A DNA stretch of 64,000 nt from Dehalococcoidia bacterium. GTDB taxonomy: Bacteria > Chloroflexota > Dehalococcoidia > Lucifugimonadales > HRBIN23. Shown here piece after piece: positions 8,570-18,805 of the stretch; position 1 is the stretch's first letter, and each line of letters begins with the position of its first letter. A model generated the notes under the pieces. The model was given only the letters and a program-made list of their open reading frames with translations. It did not search any database and was not told the origin of the DNA. The DNA is taken from assembly GCA_025060295.1 (NCBI GenBank), contig JANXCH010000006.1, forward strand, positions 5,257 through 69,256, given 5' to 3'. The translations under genes and the position numbers were made by a program.

Positions 8570-8782
8570 TGCCCGGTTACACGGTGGGCACAGCCAGGCA
8601 CAGGCTCCATCCTATTGAGGCTCCGCTTTATTCCCCGAACCCCCGGGTTTCTGAGGGTTGCGCTTGAGAAAGCCTGGGACGAGGATCGGCCCTGTTGTCC
8701 TTTCCTCCCGAAAAGCATCGGTGATGGGATGAGACCGAAAGCCTTACGCAGCAGATTTGGCTGCTTTTCCACTCTTGGGGGG

Positions 8783-10201
8783 CTAGCCTGTCCCTTCCAG
8801 TTTGCCGGGGTTGAGGATGCCCTGGGGATCCAATGCCTTTTTGATGTGGCGGAACACCTGCTGCCCCTGACCCCACTCCCGTGGGAGCAGATGGGCCAAC
8901 TTGATGCCGACGCCATGGCAATATTCCATAGTCCCCCCCAAGTCTTGCGCCAGAGCCAGGAGGGTGTCCACTAGGGAGGCGATTGTAGTCGGCTCGGCTT
9001 GCGGGTGGGCATCGGCACTGAACAGGACGGAGAAAAACTCGGGTCGCCCCCAAAGGGACCACTCCCGCACCACTACCGGGTAGCGCTGCAGGATGGCCTG
9101 GGCCTGACGACGGTATTCGGGGACACGCCCCGCCGGGATGGCCGTGTGCAGGTAGTCCATACGCCAGGGGCGAGGGCGGCGTTGGGAGGGGGGACGGGCC
9201 AGCACCTCTTGGCGGTAGCGCTCGGCGGAGCGGTGGCGTTGGGCCCAAAAGGTTTGGGCACGGGCACGGCCTAAGTCTTGCCCTCCTGCGGCGGTGCAAA
9301 TGCGTCGTGCCCGCTGGCTTGCCCCCCGGGCCTCCTCCAGGCACCCCTCAAAGCCCAGGTACAGGAGCACCTCCGAGTGCCCCTCGTTCCAGCACTCCTG
9401 GGAGAAGTCCAGCACCGAGGGACGCAGGCCCAGGTGGAACATCTCCATCACCGCGCTATATCCCGCCTCGAAGGAGGGGAATCCCCACGCCATCAGGATG
9501 CGCTTTTCGGGGGTAGGGAAAACTTCAATGGTTGCTTGCGTGATGACCCCCAGTGTGCCTTCGGTGCCGATGAACAGGGCGTTGAAGTCCAAAGCGAGGT
9601 GTTTGGGGATAGGGCGGGTCTCCAAGACCTCCCCTGTAGCGAGGACGACTTGCAAGGCTCGCACCTGGGCGCCCATGGGGCCATAGCGCCCGGCCAGGTA
9701 GCCCACCCCATTAGTGGCGATGGCCCCACCCAGGGTGGCGATGGGCTGGCTCCAGGGGTCGTGGCCCAGGAACAGCCCATACGGTGTGAGGGCTGTGTCC
9801 AAATCGCCTAAAAGGATGCCCGCCTCGGCGCGCACCAGGTGGCTCTCCTTGTCCACCTCCAGGATGCGGGCCATGCCCTTCATATCCAAGGCGATGCCCC
9901 CCTGCACTGGCACCACTCCGCCCATGACACCCGTTCCACCTCCGAAGGGCACCACCGGCACATCCCGCTGGCTGGCCCATGCCAGGAGGATGCGCACCTG
10001 CTCCACCGTGGTGGGGCGCACCACCACTTGGGGGCGCCGCTCTAGGAGCGGGGCGGCGTGGAAGGCACGCCACGCCCCCAAGGCGTCCCCACTGTGGGCA
10101 AGGATATCCTCCCCGTCGGTGGAGACGCATGACGCCCCCAGCAAGGCGGTCAGGTCCCGTGCCAAAGAGTCGCGGACGGACATAGGACACCTCAGGCGCA
10201 A
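8783..10201 (-). CDS. FAD-linked oxidase (GlcD/PCMH-type FAD-binding domain)
   Basis: VVRPTTVEQV...VPFGGGTGVMGG, 472 aa. Confidence 0.8.
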   Translation of the reverse strand: MRLRCPMSVRDSLARDLTALLGASCVSTDGEDILAHSGDALGAWRAFHAAPLLERRPQVVVRPTTVEQVRILLAWASQRDVPVVPFGGGTGVMGGVVPVQGGIALDMKGMARILEVDKESHLVRAEAGILLGDLDTALTPYGLFLGHDPWSQPIATLGGAIATNGVGYLAGRYGPMGAQVRALQVVLATGEVLETRPIPKHLALDFNALFIGTEGTLGVITQATIEVFPTPEKRILMAWGFPSFEAGYSAVMEMFHLGLRPSVLDFSQECWNEGHSEVLLYLGFEGCLEEARGASQRARRICTAAGGQDLGRARAQTFWAQRHRSAERYRQEVLARPPSQRRPRPWRMDYLHTAIPAGRVPEYRRQAQAILQRYPVVVREWSLWGRPEFFSVLFSADAHPQAEPTTIASLVDTLLALAQDLGGTMEYCHGVGIKLAHLLPREWGQGQQVFRHIKKALDPQGILNPGKLEGTG

Positions 10202-10207
10202 GGGGTG

Positions 10208-11572
10208 CTACTGAACGGGACGCCAGCGGGTGCCCTGGGGAGTATCCTCCAGGACGATACCCAAGTCCAGGAGGCGAGAGCGAATACGGTCAGCCAGAGC
10301 ATACTGGCGTGTTTTGCGAAGTTCGCCGCGCACCTCTACCAGCAGGTCAATAAAGGGGCGGGCGGTCAGATCGGTTTTGACGGGCTCCCGCAGGGTCAGG
10401 CCCAGGGTGCCAGCCAACTGGCGCAAGGTCTCTATGCCGTGCACTACCGAGGCCCCCCCTTCGCGGGCGCGGTTGAGTTCCCGCGCCAGGTCGAACAGGA
10501 CGGCCAAGGCTTGGGGGGTATTCAGGTCGTCATCCATGGCCTGGGTGAAGCGCTGGACAAAGGGAGTGGGGTCAAAGGGGGGGCCATCGGCGGGGCCAGG
10601 GCCTTCCCGTAGGGCAGCCCGCAGGCGCTCCACGGCGCGCTCGGAGGAGGCCACACCCTCCTCGCTCCAGGTGAGCGGGGAGCGGTAGTGGGAGGAGAGG
10701 AAGAACATCCGCAAAGCATCGGGGGAGAAGCGCGCCAACGCTTCTTTGATGGTTACCAAGTTGCCCAACGATTTGCTCATTTTGTCCAGGCCCAGGCGTA
10801 ACAGGCCGTTGTGCACCCACCAGCGCACAAAGGGCTCCTTCCCCGTGTAGGCCTCCGACTGGGCGATCTCGTTTTCGTGGTGGGGGAAGATCAGGTCTTG
10901 CCCACCCCCGTGGATGTCCAGGGTCTCCCCTAGGTAGCGCAAGGACATAGCGGAGCATTCGATATGCCAGCCCGGGCGTCCCTTGCCCCAAGGGCTATCC
11001 CACCAGGGCTCCCCGGGTTTAGCGGCTTTCCACAGGGCGAAGTCCATAGGGTGTTCCTTGCCCGCTTCAGGCTCCACCCGTGCCCCTGCCATCATCCCCT
11101 CTAGGGTGCGGTGGCTCAGTTTACCGTAGTTCTTGGCCGTCAACACTCGGAAATACACATCCCCTTGCGACTCGTAGGCGTGCCCCTTCTGTATGAGGCG
11201 CTGAATCATTTCAATCATCAGGCCGATGCTTTCTGTGGCGCGGGGGTATATGTGCGCCCGTTGGACATTTAGGGCGTCCATATCCTCAAAGTACTCGGCG
11301 ATGTAGCGGTCGGCCAGTTCCTGTGTGGTCAGGCCCTCCCGCTGGGCCCGCTGGATGATTTTGTCATCTATATCGGTGAAGTTTTGGACATGGCGGACCT
11401 TCCAGCCCCGGGCCTCCAGCCAGCGGCGGAGCACATCAAAGTAGACATAAGACATCGCGTGGCCCACATGGGACGGGCTATAGGGGGTGATGCCACACAC
11501 GTACATCTTGACTTCCCCTTCCAGGGGGGCGAAGTCGCGTTTTTGGGCGGTTAGGGTATCGTAGAGCCTCAT
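10208..11572 (-). CDS. cysS: Cysteine--tRNA ligase
   Basis: CGITPYSPSHVGHA (HIGH) and KMSKSLGN motifs. Confidence 0.95.
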   Translation of the reverse strand: MRLYDTLTAQKRDFAPLEGEVKMYVCGITPYSPSHVGHAMSYVYFDVLRRWLEARGWKVRHVQNFTDIDDKIIQRAQREGLTTQELADRYIAEYFEDMDALNVQRAHIYPRATESIGLMIEMIQRLIQKGHAYESQGDVYFRVLTAKNYGKLSHRTLEGMMAGARVEPEAGKEHPMDFALWKAAKPGEPWWDSPWGKGRPGWHIECSAMSLRYLGETLDIHGGGQDLIFPHHENEIAQSEAYTGKEPFVRWWVHNGLLRLGLDKMSKSLGNLVTIKEALARFSPDALRMFFLSSHYRSPLTWSEEGVASSERAVERLRAALREGPGPADGPPFDPTPFVQRFTQAMDDDLNTPQALAVLFDLARELNRAREGGASVVHGIETLRQLAGTLGLTLREPVKTDLTARPFIDLLVEVRGELRKTRQYALADRIRSRLLDLGIVLEDTPQGTRWRPVQ

Positions 11573-12051
11573 ACCTGCTCCTCTAGCAGGGCTACAGCAT
11601 AGGCAGCGATGGCCTCCTGCTGGCCGAGGGGACCAAGCCCTTCAGCGGTCTTGGCTTTGATGCTCACGTGCTGGACGGGCACACCTAAGGAGTGTGCCAA
11701 CTTCTGGCGCATGGCGTCAAGGAAGGGGCGCAGGTGGGGGCGTTCGGCGATAAGGGTGCAGTCCAGGTTGCCCAGCCGATAGCCCTGGCGGTGGAGCATC
11801 TGCATCACCTGGGCCAGAAGCCCCAGGCTGTGGGCATCTTTGTAGCGCGGGTCGGTGGGGGGGAAGTGGGTGCCAATATCGCCCAGGGCGGCGGCCCCCA
11901 GGAGGGCGTCGATGATAGCGTGGGTAAGGGCGTCCCCGTCGCTGTGGCCCAGGAGCCCCCTGGGGAAAGGGATTTCCACACCACCCAGCACCAGCCGCCT
12001 CCCCTCCACCAGGCGGTGGATGTCCCAGCCGAAGCCGATACGCGTCCTCAT
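11569..12051 (-). CDS. ispF: 2-C-methyl-D-erythritol 2,4-cyclodiphosphate synthase
   Basis: IGFGWDIHRL...GHSDGDALTHA. 4-nt overlaps with both neighbours. Confidence 0.95.
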   Translation of the reverse strand: MRTRIGFGWDIHRLVEGRRLVLGGVEIPFPRGLLGHSDGDALTHAIIDALLGAAALGDIGTHFPPTDPRYKDAHSLGLLAQVMQMLHRQGYRLGNLDCTLIAERPHLRPFLDAMRQKLAHSLGVPVQHVSIKAKTAEGLGPLGQQEAIAAYAVALLEEQV

Positions 12052-12758
12052 CCCGAGGGCTCCTGCGCCGAGGCTTTGCGGGCACGCAGGACGGCCTCAG
12101 CCAAGGGAATGTCCTCCACGGTGGTTACCTTGAGGTTCCCATAGTCCCCCAGGACAACCTTGACGGGCACACCCATCTTTTCCACCATCGTGGCGTCGTC
12201 GGTAACCGTCTCGTGCACCTGTTGGTGCGCCTTCTCCAAGAGGGCGCGGCGGAACACCTGGGGCGTCTGCACCATCCACAAGCGCTCCCGCGGGAGGGTC
12301 TCCACCACCCACAGGTCGGCGTTGACCATTTTGACGGTGTCCTTGGCAGGGACGGCCGCGATGGCGGCACCGGTGGTGGTGGCGGCACCCAGTGCCCTCT
12401 CCACGAGGTCGGGTGTCAGGCAAGGGCGGGCGGCATCGTGGACGACGATCCATTGGCACCGGGTGGGGAGGGCCTGTAAACCGTGGCGCACCGAGTCCTG
12501 CCGCCGGGCACCCCCCATACAGACCCCCTGCACTTTTGCCCATCGCCCACTGCGGAGCAAGGCGGTTCCCTGCGCCAAGTTATCGGCGCTGAGGACTACC
12601 ACCACCGTGTCCACGGAGGGGGCGCTCTGCAAGGCGTCTAACACCCAGGCCAAGGCGGGTTGTCCGCCGAGGGGGACGAAGACCTTGTCTACCCCGCCCA
12701 TGCGCTGGCTCTGACCTGCGCCCACCACAATAGCCCCTACAGCCTCACCCTGAAACAT
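12048..12758 (-). CDS. ispD: 2-C-methyl-D-erythritol 4-phosphate cytidylyltransferase
   Basis: AIVVGAGQSQRMGGVDKVF. ATG 12758 preferred (GGGGAG SD) over the TTG track start at 12794. Confidence 0.9.
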   Translation of the reverse strand: MFQGEAVGAIVVGAGQSQRMGGVDKVFVPLGGQPALAWVLDALQSAPSVDTVVVVLSADNLAQGTALLRSGRWAKVQGVCMGGARRQDSVRHGLQALPTRCQWIVVHDAARPCLTPDLVERALGAATTTGAAIAAVPAKDTVKMVNADLWVVETLPRERLWMVQTPQVFRRALLEKAHQQVHETVTDDATMVEKMGVPVKVVLGDYGNLKVTTVEDIPLAEAVLRARKASAQEPSG

Positions 12759-13812
12759 CTGCTCCCCTGCTCTGGGCTTCCCGGGGCTGTGCAAACAGAA
12801 TACGCCCCGAGGCCGTCTGATGGGTGCGCATCACCACCACATCCACAAACTGGTTGATGTAGCGTTGGCCCCCTTCAACAACCACCATTGTGCCGTCGTC
12901 CAAAAAACCTACCCCTTGCCCTGGCTCCCGGCCCTCCTGGATAAGGCGCACCTGGAGCACCTCCCCAGGCAGAATCGGGGGGTGTAAGGCGGCGGCCAGG
13001 TCGTTGATGTTGATAACGCTCAGCCCCTGCCCCTGAGCTAAACGGGCCAGGGTGCTGTCGGCGGTAAAAACCGTTGCCTTCAGGCGCTGGGCCAAGGCGA
13101 GAAAGCGGGCCTCACTGCGCTGGTCGGCAGGCCTGTTGGCGTCCACAACGGTCAAGGCGATGCGACGCTCACGGCGCAGGCGCGCCCACACCTCCAAGCC
13201 CCGACGCCCTCGTGTCCGGTGCACTGCGTCGTTTGAGGCGGCGGTGCGCCGCAACTCGTCCAGCACAAAACGGGGCACCGCCAGCGTCTCCTGGAGCACA
13301 CCCGTTCCCACCAAAGAGGCGATGCGCCCGTCTATCAGGGCGCTGGCATCCAGGAGCACCACTCGTGGCGGTGTGCGCGACGCTTGGGCGAGGCGTTCCA
13401 ACCGGGGGAAGGCTTCCAGGAGAGCCTTCTGCCGCGCCAGGGCGACCCAGGCTCCCGCTACCCCTAAGAGGAGAGTGATGGCTAGGGGCAAGTACACCCC
13501 CAAAGCCCCAGGCAGGCGTGCCAGGGCAGGGGTTGCCAGGGCACCCATAGCGAGGCCGAGGATACTTCCCAACAGACTCAGGAAAAGGGAAAGGGGTGGG
13601 GCGTGTATCAGCCAACGGATGCCCCGCAGGAGGATTCCCAGACCTATCCCAGCCCCCGCACCCCACACCAGGGGGGTAAGTCCCGACCACCACCCCACCA
13701 CTAGGATACCAACGCCCGCCAGGAGCACCATACCCAGCCCTGTCCACCGCAGGGGACGCCTCCAGCGGACGGGCAGCTTCGGGCGGGGAGGGGCCAGTGC
13801 AGGGGTGCTCAC
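12745..13812 (-). CDS. PIN/TRAM-domain membrane protein (YacL-like)
   Basis: N-terminal TM helices, PIN (VVLLDASALIDGRI) and a C-terminal TRAM-like barrel. Conserved position upstream of ispD-ispF. Confidence 0.8.
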   Translation of the reverse strand: MSTPALAPPRPKLPVRWRRPLRWTGLGMVLLAGVGILVVGWWSGLTPLVWGAGAGIGLGILLRGIRWLIHAPPLSLFLSLLGSILGLAMGALATPALARLPGALGVYLPLAITLLLGVAGAWVALARQKALLEAFPRLERLAQASRTPPRVVLLDASALIDGRIASLVGTGVLQETLAVPRFVLDELRRTAASNDAVHRTRGRRGLEVWARLRRERRIALTVVDANRPADQRSEARFLALAQRLKATVFTADSTLARLAQGQGLSVININDLAAALHPPILPGEVLQVRLIQEGREPGQGVGFLDDGTMVVVEGGQRYINQFVDVVVMRTHQTASGRILFAQPREAQSRGADVSG

Positions 13813-13932
13813 ATCCGTACCCTCAATCAGGGTGCGCTGTGGGACGGGAACAGTGCATCGGGGATTTGAGGCACCACTGGGAGGTGGTGGGGCATGAAGG
13901 ACACCCCCATTCCCTCGCCGCGCGGAAGGTAC

Positions 13933-14151
13933 TTACTCTGCCAAGCGCACACTAAGGATAGAGATGAGCAAAAACAGCACCACTAAAACGATGGTGAACT
14001 GGAACAACACCCGCTCCAGTCCCCGCCGCACCCGAAAAGTGGACTCCGCCGAAGCGAACAGGCCTGTGCCTTGGCCCCGCACCTGCAGGAGCACAGTGAG
14101 GATAAGCAGGACCGAGACCAAAATTTCAGCAATGGCTAGGGTCGTTTGCAC
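13933..14151 (-). CDS. secG: Preprotein translocase subunit SecG
   Basis: 72 aa, two TM helices, LLQVRGQGTGLF loop. Confidence 0.8.
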   Translation of the reverse strand: MQTTLAIAEILVSVLLILTVLLQVRGQGTGLFASAESTFRVRRGLERVLFQFTIVLVVLFLLISILSVRLAE

Positions 14152-14247
14152 ATTCCCACTCCTGAAGAGGCGGATGGGGCAGAGGCGCTCTCCACCCCCC
14201 TAGGCTTATCATACCACTCTGCTCCGAAGCGTTCGAGGCCCCACCGT

Positions 14248-14886
14248 CTACACCTGCACCTGGCGATGGGGAATACGGCGTTTCTCAGCGCAGATAATGG
14301 CCTCCACGGCAGCCACCGCCTCGTCCACGCGCCCGTTCTCATTGAGGACCAGGTAGTCAAACAAGGGGAGAGAAGCCATCTCTTGGCGAGCGGTCTGCAG
14401 ACGGCGTTGCAAGGCTTCCGGGGTATCCGCACCCCGCTGATACAGCCGGCGCTCCAGTTCCGCCAGGGAGGGGGGTGTAACGAAGATGAACACCGCCTGG
14501 GGCACCAGACGGCGCAGGGTGGCCGCCCCCTGCACATCCACCCGCATCAGCACATCCCGCCCCGCTTGCAGGGCCTGGCGCACCTGCTCCCGCGGCACCC
14601 CGTAGTAATGCCCATACACCTGCGCCCATTCCAGGAAGCCCTGTCGGGCGCGGATACGCTCAAACTCCTCCTGGGATAGGAAGAAGTAATCCACCCCCTC
14701 CTGCTCATGGGGCCGTTTGGGACGCGTGGTGGCTGTTACAACAAAGTGGTAGGGGCGCCCCAGTTCCCGCATGCGGGCCAGGATGGTGTCTTTGCCGGCT
14801 CCAGACGGGCCCGAGAGCACCACCAGGAGGGGTTTGGGTTGGTAACAGGTCTGCAGAAGGGTCTGGGCCAGGAAGTCGTCAGCCAC
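14248..14886 (-). CDS. gmk: Guanylate kinase
   Basis: LSGPSGAGKDT P-loop, TTRPKRPHEQEGVDYFF. Confidence 0.9.
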   Translation of the reverse strand: MADDFLAQTLLQTCYQPKPLLVVLSGPSGAGKDTILARMRELGRPYHFVVTATTRPKRPHEQEGVDYFFLSQEEFERIRARQGFLEWAQVYGHYYGVPREQVRQALQAGRDVLMRVDVQGAATLRRLVPQAVFIFVTPPSLAELERRLYQRGADTPEALQRRLQTARQEMASLPLFDYLVLNENGRVDEAVAAVEAIICAEKRRIPHRQVQV

Positions 14887-16174
14887 GCCCCTGTGCTCCG
14901 GTCAGTAGCGCCAGGTGCTTCCAAAAAGTGGGATAGGAGACGGCGGCACACTCGGCCCCCAAGATGGTGGTCTCGCCGCGGGCCAGCAACCCCGCCACCG
15001 CCAATGCCATAGCAACCCGATGGTCGCCATAACTGCGGCACACCGCCCCCTTCAAGGGCCGCGGCCCGCGGATACGCATGCCGTCGGGCAGTTCCTCTAT
15101 ATCTGCCCCCATCCGTCGGAGCTCCCGTACCATCGTGGCGATACGGTCGGACTCCTTCACCCGCAGCTCCTGGGCATCCCGAATGAGGGTGGTGCCTCGG
15201 GCATAACAGGCCGCAACGGCCAAAACAGGGAGTTCGTCAATCAGACGGGGCACCAAAGCGCCCTTGACCTCTATAGCCTCAAGGGTGCTGGTGGAGACCG
15301 TGATGTCCGCCACCGGCTCGCCTCCCTCTTCCCGCAGGTTGGCCATCTCCAGGCGGGCACCCATCTGGCGCAGGGCGTCCAGGATGCCCGTGCGGGTGGG
15401 GTTGACCCCCACACCGTGCACGGTAATACGCCCCTGGGGATGGCAGGCCCCCGCCACGAGCCAGAAGGCCGCCGAGGAGATGTCCCCCGGCACGACCACA
15501 TCTTTTGCGGTCAAAACACCCGGCTTCAGGCGCACGGTGAGGCCGTCCCGCAAAATGGCGGCCCCCATGACCTGGAACAGGCGCTCCGTATGGTCGCGGG
15601 TGGGGGCGGGCTCCACCACCACTGTCTCCCCCTGGGCGAAGAGGCCGGCCAGCAGGATGCACGATTTGACCTGGGCGCTGGCCACGGGCAGGGTGTAGAT
15701 GATGCCTTGCAGATTGCCTCCCCGAATGGCCAGGGGGGCCAAGCTGTCGCCGTTGCGCCCCCAGATCTGTGCTCCCATAGCGCGGAGGGGGGTAATGACG
15801 CGATCCATAGGACGGGAGCGCAGGGAACGGTCGCCGGTGAGGATACTCAGGAACGGCTGGCCGGCCAGCACCCCTGCCAGCAGGCGCATCGTGGTGCCGC
15901 TGTTGCCGGCATTGAGCACATCGGCCGGCTCCTGCAGGGCGCCGGCGCGCCCCTGAATAGTCAAGGAGGTGGGGTCGGCCTTGTCTATCTCTACGCCTAG
16001 CGCCCCCAGGCACGCCAGGGTGGAGGCGCAGTCCTGGCCGGGGGCATAGTTGGTGATGCGTGCCGTGCCCCGAGCCAAGCCGTTGAAGATAGCGACCCGA
16101 TGGGAAATAGATTTATCCCCTGGGGGGGTGATCTCACCCTCCAGGCGCAACGGGGGAGAAACAATCTGGCGCAT
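14879..16174 (-). CDS. aroA: 3-phosphoshikimate 1-carboxyvinyltransferase (EPSP synthase)
   Basis: PGDKSISHR, LNAGNSGTTMRLL, 431 aa. Confidence 0.95.
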   Translation of the reverse strand: MRQIVSPPLRLEGEITPPGDKSISHRVAIFNGLARGTARITNYAPGQDCASTLACLGALGVEIDKADPTSLTIQGRAGALQEPADVLNAGNSGTTMRLLAGVLAGQPFLSILTGDRSLRSRPMDRVITPLRAMGAQIWGRNGDSLAPLAIRGGNLQGIIYTLPVASAQVKSCILLAGLFAQGETVVVEPAPTRDHTERLFQVMGAAILRDGLTVRLKPGVLTAKDVVVPGDISSAAFWLVAGACHPQGRITVHGVGVNPTRTGILDALRQMGARLEMANLREEGGEPVADITVSTSTLEAIEVKGALVPRLIDELPVLAVAACYARGTTLIRDAQELRVKESDRIATMVRELRRMGADIEELPDGMRIRGPRPLKGAVCRSYGDHRVAMALAVAGLLARGETTILGAECAAVSYPTFWKHLALLTGAQGRG

Positions 16175-16177
16175 ATG

Positions 16178-17194
16178 TTATGGACGGCTTCCCGGATAGG
16201 GGGTCTTGTCCTTGCCTCGCTCCCGCTCCTGCAGTTCGCGCATCCGCTTGGCCAACCGTTCTCCCACGAACAGGGAGAGCATGGCATCCGAGGCGGTGGG
16301 GAGAGAAGGCCCCTCCTTTTGGCCAGGGGTTACCCCCGCCAACCATTTGGCCCGCTCCTGCCAGGCGGTGATGAACGCTTTCTCCAGGGCGTCGGGGGCG
16401 GTGGCGCTGTCCTTCACCAGATTGCGCAACTCGTATAGCCCTTTGATGAACTCGTCTAGCCAGTGCACGATACCGTCGCGGTTGGTGAGGCAGATATCCC
16501 GGTGCATTTGGGGGTCGCCCGAGGCTAGGCGGGTGATGTCGCGATAGCCAGTGGAGGCGACCTTGCTCATCTCCCGCCAACCGGGGCTGCGCGTGGTAAC
16601 CCCCACCAGGGCTATAGAGAGCAAGAAGGGCAGGTGGCTCACCGCTGCCACATAGGAGTCGTGCTCGTAGGCGTCAATGAAGAAGGGGGTCGCCCCGATG
16701 GTTTCGGCCAAACCTGCCACACTCTTGACGGCATCGGGGTTGGCCCCCTTGCCGGGGATGATGCAATAGGGGACGCCCCTAAACAGGTCGGGGGTGGCGG
16801 CGTCGGGGCCGCTCTCCTCTTTCCCTCCCAGGGGATGCCCTCCCACGAAGGAGACGGTATCGGGCAACAATTCCTGGGCCCATTGGAGCACCTGGCCTTT
16901 GGTGCTCCCCGTGTCGGTGATGATGGTGCCGGGGGCGACACTGGCTGCGATGGTTTCCAGCACATCCCGAATGGCCATCACGGGGGTTGCGATGATGACC
17001 ATCCGCGCCCCTTCAATGGTGGCGTGCAGGTTGTAATGCGTCTTGTCGACGGCCCCCCGTTTATGGGCGCGGGAGGCGTGGTGGGGGTCCTTATCGTGCC
17101 CCACAATTTCCACTTTGGGCAGTTTGGCCTGCTTCAGGGCCAGCCCCAGGGATGTGCCAATCAGCCCCAGGCCGATGATAGCGATACGCTCCAC
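16178..17194 (-). CDS. tyrA: Prephenate dehydrogenase
   Basis: IAIIGLGLIGTSLG Rossmann motif. PDH-domain length. Adjacent to aroA. Confidence 0.85.
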   Translation of the reverse strand: MERIAIIGLGLIGTSLGLALKQAKLPKVEIVGHDKDPHHASRAHKRGAVDKTHYNLHATIEGARMVIIATPVMAIRDVLETIAASVAPGTIITDTGSTKGQVLQWAQELLPDTVSFVGGHPLGGKEESGPDAATPDLFRGVPYCIIPGKGANPDAVKSVAGLAETIGATPFFIDAYEHDSYVAAVSHLPFLLSIALVGVTTRSPGWREMSKVASTGYRDITRLASGDPQMHRDICLTNRDGIVHWLDEFIKGLYELRNLVKDSATAPDALEKAFITAWQERAKWLAGVTPGQKEGPSLPTASDAMLSLFVGERLAKRMRELQERERGKDKTPYPGSRP

Positions 17195-17284
17195 CGACTA
17201 TCCCTCCTCGTCCCCACAGGTGTTTAGCCTTATGATAGCAGAAAGATGGGCGCGGGGGTATGATAGCCCCCAGGAGGGTGTGGT

Positions 17285-18805
17285 ATGCTGGCCAAGCTCT
17301 GCACCAGCGCTGTGCTGGGACTGGACGGCCTGGTGGTATGGGTGGAAGTGGACATCGCCCCTGGGTTGCCCTCGTTCACTGTGGTGGGATTGGCCGACAC
17401 GGCCGTGCAGGAGGCGCGCGAGAGGGTGCGGGCGGCCATCCGCAACTCGGGGTGCGAGTTCCCTCTGCGCCGGATCACTGTGAACCTGGCCCCTGCCGAT
17501 TTGAAAAAGGAGGGGCCCTCCTATGACCTCCCCATTGCTGTGGGAATCCTGCTGGCTTCGGGGCAGGTGGGAGGGGCTGTGGACGGGATGGCCTTCCTGG
17601 GGGAACTGTCCCTGGATGGGAGCCTGCGTCGCACTGCCGGCGTCCTGCCCATGGTGGGGGTGTTAAAGGAGGCCGGTATCACCCGCGTGGTGGTGCCCCA
17701 GGAGGATGCCCGGGAGGCGGGCTTGGTGCCGGGGGTGGAGGTGCTGCCCGCCGCCAACTTGAGCCAGGTCGTCCGCCATCTGCGGGGGGAGCAACCGCTT
17801 CGTCCGTTTCACCCCACGGAGACGTATGCGTCTGGTGAGGCGGTTGCCCCGTCCGTGGATATGGCCCACATCAAGGGACAGGAGCACGCCAAGCGGGCTT
17901 TGGAAATTGCCGCGACGGGGGGCCACAACCTCCTGATGATCGGTCCCCCGGGAAGCGGCAAGACCCTTCTGGCTCGTGCGCTGGTGGGCATCCTCCCTCC
18001 CCTGACGCCCGAGGAAAGCCTGGAGTGCACACGCATTCACAGTGTCAGCGGGCTGCTGCCCCCCGACAAACCGTTGGTTACCCAGCGCCCTTTCCGCTCC
18101 CCCCATTACACCATCTCCCACGCCGGCATGGTGGGCGGGGGACGCTGGCCGCGCCCCGGCGAGATCACTTTGGCCCATCGGGGGGTGCTGTTCCTGGACG
18201 AGTTGCCCGAGTTCCCGGGTCACGTCTTAGAGGCGTTGCGGCAGCCTTTGGAGGACCGGGTGGTAACCATTAGCCGTGCCCAGGGGAGCGTGACCTTCCC
18301 TGCCAACTTCATGCTGGTGGCAGCCATGAACCCCTGCCCGTGTGGCTACGCAGGGGATGGGGCGCGGCCGTGCACCTGTCCCCCGGGGGCAATTGTGCGC
18401 TATCAGAGGCGTCTGTCAGGTCCCCTGCTAGACCGCATCGACCTCTTCGTAACGGTGCGTCGGGTGGATTACGAAAAACTGGTGGATCCGACGCCAGGGG
18501 AGGCCTCTGAGGTGATACGACGCCGTGTGGCTGAAGCACGGCGGGTGCAACAGGGACGTTATAAGGGCACATCCATGCTCACCAATGCAGACTTGGGGCC
18601 TGTGGATGTGTGGGCGATGGCGGACCCAGAGCCGGAGGCCCGCACCCTGCTGATGGCGGCGGCGCGCAAGGAGAACCTGACGGCGCGCGGGTTTCACCGC
18701 ATATTGAAGGTGGCGCGCACCATTGCGGATCTCGCTGGGGCAGAGCGGGTGGGGTTGGTGCACATGGCCGAAGCCTTGCAGTATCGGCCGCGAGGATTAG
18801 GGTAG
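17285..18805 (+). CDS. YifB/ComM-family Mg-chelatase-like AAA ATPase
   Basis: 506 aa. MIGPPGSGKT, VLFLDELPEF, C-terminal Mg-chelatase-like domain. Confidence 0.9.
   Translation: MLAKLCTSAVLGLDGLVVWVEVDIAPGLPSFTVVGLADTAVQEARERVRAAIRNSGCEFPLRRITVNLAPADLKKEGPSYDLPIAVGILLASGQVGGAVDGMAFLGELSLDGSLRRTAGVLPMVGVLKEAGITRVVVPQEDAREAGLVPGVEVLPAANLSQVVRHLRGEQPLRPFHPTETYASGEAVAPSVDMAHIKGQEHAKRALEIAATGGHNLLMIGPPGSGKTLLARALVGILPPLTPEESLECTRIHSVSGLLPPDKPLVTQRPFRSPHYTISHAGMVGGGRWPRPGEITLAHRGVLFLDELPEFPGHVLEALRQPLEDRVVTISRAQGSVTFPANFMLVAAMNPCPCGYAGDGARPCTCPPGAIVRYQRRLSGPLLDRIDLFVTVRRVDYEKLVDPTPGEASEVIRRRVAEARRVQQGRYKGTSMLTNADLGPVDVWAMADPEPEARTLLMAAARKENLTARGFHRILKVARTIADLAGAERVGLVHMAEALQYRPRGLG

Noticed and set aside
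7552-8667. 371-aa alternative-frame ORF overlapping the PGI/PMI gene, plus similar alternative-frame ORFs (4672..5556, 8628..9344, 15279..16013, 38259..39014, 48792..49619, 52940..53716)
   Set aside because: These are alternative frames or antisense to well-supported genes. Their Arg/Pro/Gly-rich translations are typical of off-frame reading in high-GC DNA.
8748-8768. Terminator-like hairpin GCAGC-AGATTTG-GCTGC-TTTT in the pgi/oxidase convergent spacer
   Set aside because: The stem is only 5 bp and lies 180 nt downstream of the nearest plus-strand gene. That is too weak to call.
17231-17267. 9-bp direct repeat TATGATAGC (17231..17239 and 17259..17267) in the tyrA/comM divergent spacer
   Set aside because: The repeats are most simply two -10-like boxes (TATGAT, or TATCAT on the other strand) serving the divergent promoters. 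This is not evidence for a repeat element.
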